In this document: piece by piece, positions 28,601 through 37,400 of the stretch
How positions within the stretch are numbered: position 1 is the stretch's first letter
How the letters are laid out: every line of letters begins with the position of its first letter
Assembly (NCBI GenBank): GCA_944381105.1
Contig: CALWJU010000023.1
Span: 1 to 63,477, forward strand
Origin: an uncultured Clostridia bacterium
GTDB lineage: Bacteria > Bacillota > Clostridia > Christensenellales > UBA1242
Direction: 5' to 3'
DNA: 63,477 bases
Position numbers and translations under genes: made by a program
The notes under the pieces: generated by a model
What the model was told of the DNA's origin: nothing
The model's database searches: none
Seen by the model: only the letters and a program-made list of their open reading frames with translations

Positions 28601-31600
28601 CTCAACAATTTGGACTAACTATCACAATAAACAAATTCAGCCCTCTATATTTAGATAGATATAATCAAAATATCTATGGAGATTATACTATTTACATTTT
28701 TGCAAGTTCTAACACATTAGTCTATACAACATTTGTAATTAATTTTGAACAGACAAATATTATGTCAGTGTCAATAGATAACTATACAAATATTTCCGAA
28801 TCTACTGGTTCTGCTGGACTCTCCTCTACGTCTGAGATCGCAGTGCCTGGCGTAACAGGACTTCTTTCTATTACAGTATCACCAGATGATAGTGATTTTG
28901 ACTATATCTTAATTGAAAATGCTCAATCAAATTATCAATCAGGAAACTCAGTTGCTACATTTGGTCTTGTTGCTCGAAATGCAAACACGCTTGGTTCGTC
29001 AAATATATTTAGTGATGAGACAATATTAGGCTCTTCGACGACAACAGGAATAAGACTAAATCTTGAAGATATCATTGATGTTTATGGCAGTCAAGAGGAG
29101 GGAGAAAACCTTTATTATACGTATAATGGAGTAATTTATATAAAATACGACTTAGGCTCGTATAATGTAGTAGACGGAAGCACAACTACATTTGTTATAT
29201 CGCTTGTCAAAGATGGTGTAGTTTATACAGTCAACAAAAATCTAACGGTAAGATTGCAAAACTATGTTGCTGTTGAGATAGATGGTAAAGAGCCTACATC
29301 TTCAAACACTGATGGATATTATGCACAATATAATGTCGCAAGAGGCATGAGATATAGACTCAATATCAACTCTTATGGTTATGAACTTGATAATATTACT
29401 CCGCCTACTGTAAGTGATAGTTCACTTGCAACAATTGTAGAGGAAGATGGCGAATACTACCTAGAAATCACACCATCTACTATTGATTATACAAACGGAA
29501 GAAACACATTTACAATATCCATATCTGCAAGTCAGCAAGAAGGAGATATTCAGAGACAATCAAGCAGTGAAACTCTTGTTACAATAAGTGAATATGTGAT
29601 AAATTATGACTCTTCTGTAAATCAAGATGCAGATATTGTAAGCGGAATGGGGAATGGAGAAATAAACATTCAAGTAGGCACTCAGTACTCGTTAGAAATT
29701 GATTTGTATGATTATATAGAATACAATGAAAATATAACCTCTGTTACAAACAGCATAGACCTTCTTATGTCAAACCTATCTTATAGCGGAAATTGGGTAG
29801 CATATACAAACCTTATTACTGACACGCAACCTGATTATAGTCAAGCGGAAATAGGCAACGGAAGGAGGATGTACTCATTAGGTTATGATGACGGCAATGC
29901 TTTATCAGTATCAAATTATTATTTCTCATCAGAAGGGCTTGATATATTGCCACTTCGAACACATTTGCCAGAAAGTAGATACTATTTCTTTACATATGAT
30001 TGCTTAGTTGTATATGATCAAACTAGCGGTACTTACACAGTAGTGGATGAGGGAGCAAATACTATTGAAATTGATACAACATTTGTACTAAATGTTTACT
30101 CGTCAAGCAGTGAGGAGAGTCCTCTGCCAATATATGATTATGATGATTTAATGGATATGCAAAGTGGTGGTTATTATATTTTGCTTAATGATATAACATT
30201 GCCTAATACCGCTGACGAAGAAAATGGTGTAGAGGCGTTTACTCCTATTAGTGTGGATATAGCATCATTTGATGGCAATGGTCATACCATAAATTTTGCT
30301 GGTACTTATGATATGGGTTCTCGAAGCAGAATAGGCTTGTTCGAATCATTATCAAGTGGCTCGATAATACGCAACCTAAATGTTAATTTCACATCTGCAA
30401 CAGATGGAAGCGATTTAAATATCGACCAAGATGATGAATACGGCTGGTATGGACTGCGAACTGTAAAATTTATTACAAGTGCAAGTAGTTTTAATTTTGG
30501 TGGAATAGTCGTAGAAAATAATGGTATAATTACAAATTGTAATGTTACAACCGACGAGGTAAATGGCAGTGAGTATTATGTAGTAGTAAGGGCGGACAAC
30601 GCACTTAACGGTTCTAGTTATATGGCTGGAATATCTGCCATCAATATAGGATATATAACGAATTGTTCTGTATCTATAAACATGAAAACACCTTACAATA
30701 TGGCTGGAATAGTTGGACAAAATTCAAATAAGATTGCATCTACATATTTCAAAGATGGTTCTTTAATAAATAACTCGCAACAAGACCAACATATTGCAGG
30801 ATTTGTTGTCAATAATATGGATAATGGACAGATTATCACAAGTTATGTTGCTGGACAGACCACAAGTGATTCTATTTATAGTAAAGACAGCGAAAGTCAA
30901 ATAATATCCTCTCTTGCCTCTGCTGGTTTTGTATACCAAAATTATGGAAATATAAGTGATTGTTATACTGATATAGACTTGTCAAGTACAACAGCAGACA
31001 TGGCAGGCTTTGTATATCAAAATGCAGGACAGATTAAAAATTCCTTCTCGCTATGCAAATTACGAAACAACATAATCGCATCGGCAGGTTTTGCAAGGTA
31101 TAATACATTAGAAGGGCAAAGCGGAACATTTGAAAATTGTTACTATTTCTATAACGAAAGAACAGATGCAGGCGACGGCACAAGTTATACAAACGATGAG
31201 GGCTTTATATATGGCGAAGATGATATAAATACTTCAATTGTGCCTGTAAATTATAGTGGTATAACAAGATTGAATGCAGGTGGATTTGCAAACCTTGAAG
31301 AGAATTTTAGTTCTTATGCTTATCAAGAGACAATGGGAGTTGAGAGCATTTGGTTTTATAGCACAGGGAATACCTCTTCAACATTCGTTGAGTATATCCC
31401 AACAACCGAAAGAGTAGAACTTCCAGGCGAGGATGGCAACACTCAATCAAATACAATCTACACCACACAACTTTCAACTTTTGCGATAAATAGACTTGAA
31501 CTCGTCAGTCCAAATGTGGATGCTTTATCTATTAGGAATTTTAGTTATTCAGAGGTAGATGATGCAACAGGAGAGGTTACATATCATTATGTTGATGACA

Positions 31601-34137
31601 CATCTGCGCCAAATAGAGGCTCTTTACACAATCCTAGATTGTTGTACAATGCAGAAAACTTTGAAAGTGAAATAAATGAACAGACCTCAGCAACAGGTCT
31701 CAATACCTCATATTATAGAATGGTAAGCGATATAAGTTACTCAAATTATGAAGGTCTAGCAAGCACATACCAAACTGTCTACGCAGGTGTACTTGAAGGT
31801 AATGGTATGGAGATATCACAAATAAGTCTAGTATCTATGTCAAGTTTAACTAATGCAGGACTATTTGCTCAAATAGGATATTCTGCAAGCAGAACGGGAT
31901 CTGTTAAAAACCTTATAATTACACCAAGCCAAGTTGCATTTACAAATACAAACAGCGTAGGCACTCTTGCGGGAACATTAAGATATGGTTATTTATATGA
32001 CATTACAATAAATGATAATTCTGAGAATGAAGAGGGCATCAGTGATCTAGTTGTAGTAGGAAGAAACTTTGTCGGAGGCGTTGTTGGTAGGGCAATAGGC
32101 AATTACGATATGAAAAATATAACTAGCAGTATCAATACCTCAGCAACTTACACATCATCATCAACTGCAAAATATAGTGAAAGTGCCACCTCACTAGCCA
32201 CCTATTCTTATGCTGGCGGTGTTGCAGGTTTTCTAGGTTCAGGAAATGCCTATAACCTCAATGCTGATAATGTAGGTTCAGTTGTAGGTAGTAGAGCAGG
32301 CTTTGCTGTCGGTGGTATAGGAAACAATGGCAATATTCAATATGTTTTTGTAAATGTCATGACAGGAAGCAGAATAAGGGCTTATCATTATGGTGGATAT
32401 GTTACAGGCGAGATAAGTGGAACGCTTGATCATACACAAGTCTATGGTAGCGGAGATACAGAATCTACATTCTCTGTTGTGCCTAGGTCTGCAAACGCTG
32501 TCGGCGGTATTGCTGGTATAATCTCTGGCGGAACAATCAAAAACGCAGTTATGGAGCAGAGTTTTAGAGCAACTGCAATAAGCACCTCGAATGCAGTTAT
32601 ATCAAGTGTGGGTGGTATTGTTGGTATTGTAGATAACGCTGAAAACAGTATCTCCTTTATAAAAGATAGTATAGTAGATGCTCAGTTAATTGAAGGCTCA
32701 TCAATTGTTGGTGGTGGAGTAGGACAGGTGTCAAACTCTTTACAGATTGAAGGCCTTGCGGTAAAGGCGGATACAATCTCAATAACAGGTGAAAAACAAG
32801 ATCCTATTATTGCAGGTATAGTTGGATATAATGAGAGCAGTTTAACTATACTAAACAGTTACAGTACATCACATCTTGAAATTACAACAAATACATCAGG
32901 GCTTGCTTCAACTGCATCTGCTGGCGGACTTGTCGGAATGTCTGAAAATACACCAAATCTTGCTTACTGCTATACAACCTCAACAATTGATGCCGAAGTA
33001 GTTGATTTAAGGTCTCTTGATGAGACAAGTGATTATTCGGTATACGCAAGTGCTGGCAATGCTACTGCTTCGTTTACATATTCAACTACTAGATATAATA
33101 ATGGCTCAGCATATAATAATGTATATTATCTAGGTCATAATACATATACAACTAATGATGAGTCTTTGACTGCTTATCAGTTGAGCAGGTCATATAATAT
33201 AACTTTCTCAACAAAGGTAAGGAATAGTCAAATAGGACTTGCAGTCAACAATTATGGTGTGTCATCATTAGAATTAACTCAAAACCAAAGTCAGTCAACA
33301 CAAGAAGGTGCTTTCTATAATCTATTTAATTCGACCTATCTATCAAGGACATCCTCAATAGATGATACTAATAGTCCAACAAGCATTGTCTACAATGCTC
33401 AACAAGACTCATATATAGTTGATAATAGGTATACATTAAGTTTGCTTGAAAACAATATTTACAGATTAAATTCAGATATCTCAAATTTTGTAACTACGCA
33501 AAACGCTATTGTAGATGAAAATAACACAATTGAAGGACAAGTTAGCACCTCTCGACAACAAACTCTTTATATAAGAGATGATGGAACGAAATATATTTAT
33601 ATCGTAGACTCTGCTGGTCGCTCTGGCTTTGTTCGTGAGGATGAAATTTTAAGCACAAGTGGAACATATGAACTTCTGACATCTTTAAGTGAGGGAGTTT
33701 ATACTATTAAGACAACAAATATTTTACAAAATACACAAGGACTTGACACCACATACATATTGAACGGAGTAAATTATACTTACAGATTGGATAGAAACAA
33801 TACTTATATGTTTGTATCTGATTCTGGGGATGTACTTCTAGACTTTGTTAGTGAAGATGGCAGTGCAAACGTGCAAGTAACGCTTGATTTGAATAGTAGT
33901 GAATTATTACATCAAGGTATTTATACTAATGGTGAAAATTATTATCAACATACATATGTTCAATCAACTATTGTAACCCAGCAATTTAGAGAAGCATATG
34001 TTAATCTAGCAACAGGTCAAATTTACTATGCTGACGAATTTGATAGTACAGGACTAAGAGACGTTTGGATTTATTCAAATAGTGGACTTAGTAGGTTATG
34101 GTTTGAAGAGGATTTAGACTGGATAAGAACTGTCTAA
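22660..34137 (+). CDS. giant (3825 aa) surface lipoprotein with Ig-like (Big_2-type) domains and three GLUG-motif repeat blocks
   Basis: An AAGGAAGG SD lies 17 nt after the VirB4 stop. Signal plus lipobox LLFVAC. A Big_2-like segment ITFTSNSRDILTIDQNGRINVKSTGLAQITATSV is at about 27650-27750. GLUG-type repeats (YVGGVVGYNYGNI, YIGGVSGANGG, MAGIVGQNSNKI, SAGFVYQNYGNISDCY, FVGGVVGRAIGN, SAGGLVGMSEN and others) occupy about 25900-27180, 30125-31150 and 31630-33000. The ORF is uninterrupted over 11.5 kb. Confidence 0.8.
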   Translation: MTNSKKLSMFIFSLLLVVASLLFVACGENDYSNVSISSSQETVELVVGEENSQNITFTINNPVRNMESGFVVQAEDDGVYSVQLQSSVSYSSTYTITGLKGGTSTITVRTREGNISKSVRVNVRQYSDGLTSASNSLYVSLSSELIPSSADFVFSDNTTERDLNYYFYGQVNSDISLDDVIEGENYINQFVSVNLINLNSLQYLIFEDEQGALFTLGQGESVSDNIKYDFIEVELENGQYLLDENASSVMPGQRFSFIAVNENISGEPLYCQRDFIVITDINSESISRDVGYRIVGYNYTPGSDYSYKLPESEGSDITLIPNYTSTIENGVFIGEEVNYVTAYVEVSINSDSDLLRVSSSTENVNVINTLLLSDPIRQNGVTTYYYQIDCATSQGQTTNFNLTFYYDGFEDSDDENVNFTYSIPVNIRIIPTNVLANDIDLLNSEEVFTFYDIYYGDYGWQRFLFTLNPANAEYDSISIDLTNTDLELRYNGSEPYRDQIVEIDDLSEPIYLRGIDGANITDETQALPITLNFNVLQEDSIEVNLLYEIVHGVTDFDYTTDDYRSGIYVDLNGGDVAFTDIYADVSFSNAEISLNNNSADVANIYFGNPICTQQGQVYLLNLMIEPTNVGTGVYTITLDNGKTLTITITVVESLQNVSISSQNVQNTIRYIQQIEDEDYPSTLLYVYNNGNNSYFDVSVMANGGSNAINSVQFSFTSQLIRLDGATNNNKNFNVYVLANGASTLELRVSGYAVNNFRRESITILYYIDIIGFSYIDNLNVYKEHDGRGDYIDEDSDNESIRNYGVSAAYADVYSGTNNTDARSATFNVTVSNDDAFLFALPSTIRGGAIEYAEQSFSVDFIYWETDWTWGITKDGTSVDIMYFEEGGSNIYTLTGVGTFDTSTMTFTALPSVADQRNFKLIAHVRQYGRVYSYTINIRVSTYEDVQQITLQESITSLEFTSTEKTHSLIAYATNLNTATNAEITAFIEGGVISVSNGDGTTSTYSMFDENSIVFVESDGRYQIILTVSEQFIEFAESYDGQMSATLIIVATDWLDENGNILTSYENVVIEIPVNFANGTPHARFTIEDADDLLNMNLSAHYQITSSIDVSSISASLPLGTLSGSIIGTGQYAEITGINITKAQTLTSENGSFDYYGLFTSIAEGAYIEYIAFSGELNVGSETNFAPLGSYIGLVAGVNYGDLINIGVTLNSSSVYITSGYVGGVVGYNYGNILQDYTLFEDDSSVTRSLTASQLENANNDESIVGAGRYSYAGMNPKILLYMNGTVTVNYLNSNFSSETYIGGVSGANGGLIRKVDSTVLNFTGYTNYMAYALLQANPIYSSQVTVTTNITYVGGLTGFSTSSSTIDSGYNLYRDSVVTLTKYYNYVGANLDNTENDYNAGKGIVVGGEVRGYDYIGGVVGYIESVGDSGMQRNNFTGITSRTNVRGYLAQVSGATTAQVAGIANIRNTTYLNTAFAMQAVDSGNSGINASMIVLYNNSIVNSYFDNPTTYQANSDKLAFGNLSGNNVDIMQGADSESGKPYTNVYTFNISREQIEIPDGQSSMTITSFNRTSYYGDFIIAGDNGNTLLGQSFFTLGDDELLSVNAKYNNRYIADNGTGRQNIYYMFYFQAMTDGSQDYQSLLDEYLNYVDFNSVLYPFTTNGEITFTSNSRDILTIDQNGRINVKSTGLAQITATSVLNSNNALEFYIYVVNYFNPDEPSFTHSDEEDYQENSIIYPNGSSNSTPINNVTINMRGENSTNFYVRPFYSLNLEILDVNGDYHTFQSDQSGMVLFNNVVFNLAQNTLVTAEITQISRQEGDDTVDAMDELDIDITGQNITIRRNSETLEADYKLTIVPKLTLTMTETDNYGNRKEVTYSSSVNKTLDNVIINYRHGATNINNTRYNNVPIISSQQLNEVIVVNSTAEEDEPYYYIVSPNGEILQGDEELSSIFALEYLYDNEDGLFNVSFTTYENNQSNLSAQQFGLTITINKFSPLYLDRYNQNIYGDYTIYIFASSNTLVYTTFVINFEQTNIMSVSIDNYTNISESTGSAGLSSTSEIAVPGVTGLLSITVSPDDSDFDYILIENAQSNYQSGNSVATFGLVARNANTLGSSNIFSDETILGSSTTTGIRLNLEDIIDVYGSQEEGENLYYTYNGVIYIKYDLGSYNVVDGSTTTFVISLVKDGVVYTVNKNLTVRLQNYVAVEIDGKEPTSSNTDGYYAQYNVARGMRYRLNINSYGYELDNITPPTVSDSSLATIVEEDGEYYLEITPSTIDYTNGRNTFTISISASQQEGDIQRQSSSETLVTISEYVINYDSSVNQDADIVSGMGNGEINIQVGTQYSLEIDLYDYIEYNENITSVTNSIDLLMSNLSYSGNWVAYTNLITDTQPDYSQAEIGNGRRMYSLGYDDGNALSVSNYYFSSEGLDILPLRTHLPESRYYFFTYDCLVVYDQTSGTYTVVDEGANTIEIDTTFVLNVYSSSSEESPLPIYDYDDLMDMQSGGYYILLNDITLPNTADEENGVEAFTPISVDIASFDGNGHTINFAGTYDMGSRSRIGLFESLSSGSIIRNLNVNFTSATDGSDLNIDQDDEYGWYGLRTVKFITSASSFNFGGIVVENNGIITNCNVTTDEVNGSEYYVVVRADNALNGSSYMAGISAINIGYITNCSVSINMKTPYNMAGIVGQNSNKIASTYFKDGSLINNSQQDQHIAGFVVNNMDNGQIITSYVAGQTTSDSIYSKDSESQIISSLASAGFVYQNYGNISDCYTDIDLSSTTADMAGFVYQNAGQIKNSFSLCKLRNNIIASAGFARYNTLEGQSGTFENCYYFYNERTDAGDGTSYTNDEGFIYGEDDINTSIVPVNYSGITRLNAGGFANLEENFSSYAYQETMGVESIWFYSTGNTSSTFVEYIPTTERVELPGEDGNTQSNTIYTTQLSTFAINRLELVSPNVDALSIRNFSYSEVDDATGEVTYHYVDDTSAPNRGSLHNPRLLYNAENFESEINEQTSATGLNTSYYRMVSDISYSNYEGLASTYQTVYAGVLEGNGMEISQISLVSMSSLTNAGLFAQIGYSASRTGSVKNLIITPSQVAFTNTNSVGTLAGTLRYGYLYDITINDNSENEEGISDLVVVGRNFVGGVVGRAIGNYDMKNITSSINTSATYTSSSTAKYSESATSLATYSYAGGVAGFLGSGNAYNLNADNVGSVVGSRAGFAVGGIGNNGNIQYVFVNVMTGSRIRAYHYGGYVTGEISGTLDHTQVYGSGDTESTFSVVPRSANAVGGIAGIISGGTIKNAVMEQSFRATAISTSNAVISSVGGIVGIVDNAENSISFIKDSIVDAQLIEGSSIVGGGVGQVSNSLQIEGLAVKADTISITGEKQDPIIAGIVGYNESSLTILNSYSTSHLEITTNTSGLASTASAGGLVGMSENTPNLAYCYTTSTIDAEVVDLRSLDETSDYSVYASAGNATASFTYSTTRYNNGSAYNNVYYLGHNTYTTNDESLTAYQLSRSYNITFSTKVRNSQIGLAVNNYGVSSLELTQNQSQSTQEGAFYNLFNSTYLSRTSSIDDTNSPTSIVYNAQQDSYIVDNRYTLSLLENNIYRLNSDISNFVTTQNAIVDENNTIEGQVSTSRQQTLYIRDDGTKYIYIVDSAGRSGFVREDEILSTSGTYELLTSLSEGVYTIKTTNILQNTQGLDTTYILNGVNYTYRLDRNNTYMFVSDSGDVLLDFVSEDGSANVQVTLDLNSSELLHQGIYTNGENYYQHTYVQSTIVTQQFREAYVNLATGQIYYADEFDSTGLRDVWIYSNSGLSRLWFEEDLDWIRTV

Positions 34138-34275
34138 GTCCTAAAAACATAACATGATTATGTTTTAAATTAGAGATTTAAGTTAAAAATAATATAAAAA
34201 TACATTATCCGTCGGCAAAATATATAAAAATATGATAAAAATAGAATAAAATTATAAAAAAATGTTAAAAAACTA

Positions 34276-34305
34276 TTGACATATCTTTATTGAATGTATT
34301 ATAAT
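34276..34305 (+). promoter_or_regulatory. rpoB promoter TTGACA-18-TATAAT
   Basis: TTGACA at 34276-34281 and TATAAT at 34300-34305. Confidence 0.5.
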
Positions 34306-34360
34306 TATACAGAATATTGACTGTGGATAGGTATAATTTGACTTTTTAACTTAATAGGCG

Positions 34361-34400
34361 AGGACTATTATAGCATTTTTGTGCTGTAAGGTCCTTTTTT
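34361..34400 (+). promoter_or_regulatory. hairpin plus U-run in the rpoB leader (attenuator candidate)
   Basis: AGGAC...GTGCTGTAAGGTCCT followed by TTTTTTG, about 55 nt before the rpoB ATG. Confidence 0.4.
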
Positions 34401-34453
34401 GTGTGAAAGAAAAATTTACAGCAGTTAAAGCAAATTGAAGAAGGAGAAAGTAA

Positions 34454-37400
34454 ATGTCTGTAAAGGTAAAGAAAATCAAACAGGGCAAATCAGAAAGATA
34501 TTTCTTTGGAAGTGGAGAAGAATTAATAAATGTGCCACCACTTCTCGAAATTCAAAAGAAATCATACAAAGATTTTTTGGAAAAAGGCATCAAAAGGGTA
34601 TTAGATGAATTTTTCCCTCTTACTGACTACTCAGGCAAAGCAAAACTCTATATTACCGAAATTCTACCTTTTGCAAAACCTAAGTACGATATAAAGGAAT
34701 GTAAGCGAAGAGGTGCAACCTATTCGTCTCCACTGAAAGTGAAGGCTCGTTTTGTCGTTGAAGAGACAGGACAAGCAGTAGAACAAGAGGTTTTCATGGG
34801 CGATGTGCCTATGATGACAGAACAAGGTTCTTTCATTTTTAATGGAATAGAAAGAGTTGTTATCAATCAAATAGTCAGAGCACCAAGCGTTTATCTTTCA
34901 AGAGAAAAAGATAATAATGCAACCTTGCGTGCACAGGTTATTCCTGTTCATGGTGCATGGATTGAAATCGAACAAGGTGCAAGCGAGAATTTAAAGATAG
35001 TTTTAGAGCGAAGAAATAAAATAAGCCTAGGCGTATTCTTAAAATGTTTCGGTTTTACAAATGATGAGATATTGAAATGCTTTGGAAACAATCGTTATAT
35101 CAAACTTGTACTTGATAAAGAAACACAAACAACACAGGAAGAGGCATTACTTGAATTTTCAAGAAAAACAAGACCTACCGACGTACCTTCGGTAGAAAGC
35201 ACAAGAAGTTTCTTGAATGTGTCTTTCTTTACCGACGCTTATTATAATCTTTCAAATGTTGGTAGGTATAAATTTAATAAAAAACTTGGACTTAAAACAA
35301 GACTTCCAGGACTTATCAATGCCGAGGATATAATCGTTGACGGCGAGTTGTTAGTTCGTGCAGGTGAGGAATTTACAGCCGAGAGTGCTGCAAAAGTTCA
35401 AAATGCTGGTGTAAATGAGGTTTGGGTACAAGTAAATGGCAAAAAACACCTTATGAGAGGCAATAATAGAGTTACTCTTTCTGAGGTATTCCCTTGCAAT
35501 CAAGAAGAATTAGGAATTTACGAAGACGTATACTATCCTGTTCTTATGCAAATTTTAAGTGAGAATAAATCAAAAGAAAAGAGAATTGAGGCTATCAAGA
35601 ACAGTGCTAAGGATCTTATAATTACTACTTTAACTATGGATGATATACTTGCTACAATCTCTTGTTACCTTGATGTTCTTGAAGGTATAGCAGGTATTGA
35701 CAAGATAGAGCACCTGTCAAATAAGAGAGTCGCAACTGTTGGCGAACTTACATGCAATGATTTCAGAAAAGGTGTAACAAAACTTGCAACAAATATTAAA
35801 GAGACCTTGCAAGGAAGAGAGTTTGAAGAGGTAACTCCATCTCAAATAATGAATCCTAAGGCTGTCAACAAAGCCCTTAGAGATTTCTTCTCTCAATCAC
35901 AACTCTCTCAAATCATGGATCAAAAGAACCCACTTTCTGGAATTACTCAAAAGAGGCGTGTATCTGCGATAGGCCCTGGTGGTATTAGAAAGGAAAGAGC
36001 CGATCCAGAAATTCGTGATATTCACTTTACACACTATGGAAGAATATGCCCAGTAGAAACACCAGAAGGTCAATCAATCGGTCTTATTAACACACTCGCA
36101 ACATATGTTCGTGTCAATGACTATGGCTTCCTTGAAACTCCATATAGGGTAGTTGATAAAGAACGTGGAGTAGTAACAAAAGACATCGTCTATAAAATGG
36201 CAGATGTCGAGAATGATAGTTATATCGCTCAGGCTATTGAGCCTCTTGACGAAGAAGGTCATTTTATTAACAAACGTGTTATGTGTAGACATGGCTCTGT
36301 AAATGAGGAAGTCCCAGCAAGCAGAGTTGACTACATGGATGTTTCTCCTCGTCAAATGATATCGGTTGCTACAAGCCTTATTCCTTTTGTCAATGGTGAT
36401 GAGGCAAACAGAGCATTGATGGGTGCAAACATGCAACGTCAAGCAGTGCCTGTTCTTAGACCAGAAGCACCAATTGTTGGAACAGGTATGGAATATATTG
36501 CTGCACGTGATAGTGGTTGTGTACTTCTTGCAAAACGTGCAGGAACAGTAAATTACGTTTCAGCCAATGAAATAAGAGTCCTTACAGAAAAGGGCGACGA
36601 AGATATATATACTCTTACTAAATTTGCAAAAGCCAATGATGATATATGTTTCAATCAACGCCCATGCGTAAAGAAAGGTGAACATGTTGAAGAGGGAGAT
36701 ATCCTTACCGATGGATATTCAACTGACCATGGCGAACTTGCCGTAGGTAAAAATGTGCTTATTGGCTACATGAACTGGGAAGGACAAAACTTTGAGGACG
36801 CTATCCTCATCAATGAAAGACTTGTCAAAGAGGATGTTTATACTTCTATAACACTCTATGACCAGGAAATTAAGTGCCGTACTACAAAACTCGGTGATGA
36901 GGTTATCACAAGAGATATTCCAAACCTTGGCGAAGATGCTCTTAAAGACCTAGACGAAAATGGTATAATCAGAATAGGTGCTGAGGTGCATCCTAATGAT
37001 ATATTGGTAGGAAAGGTTACGCCAAAGGGTGAAACTGACCTTACTCCTGAAGAAAGATTACTGCGTGCAATTTTCGGAGATAAAGCAAGAGATGTCAGAG
37101 ATACATCATTACGTGTTCAACACGGTAAGGGCGGTGTAGTAGTTGATGTACAGGTTTTCTCTAAGAAGAACAAGGATGATCTTGAACCTGGCGTTACAAT
37201 GATGGTTAGAGTTACAGTTGCACAAAAACGTAAAATTTCCGTCGGCGACAAAATGGCTGGACGACATGGAAACAAAGGTGTTGTATCAATCGTTCTTCCA
37301 GAAGCAGATATGCCATTTATGGCAAACGGACAACCACTAGATATAGTATTAAGTCCTCTTGGTATTCCATCACGTATGAACATTGGTCAGGTTATGGAAG

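Noticed and set aside
19976-34137. Calling the VirB4 locus a complete ICE, conjugative element or prophage.
   Set aside because: The window contains no relaxase, coupling protein, VirB6-like channel, integrase, replication gene or flanking direct repeats. Only the ATPase and the giant lipoprotein are present.
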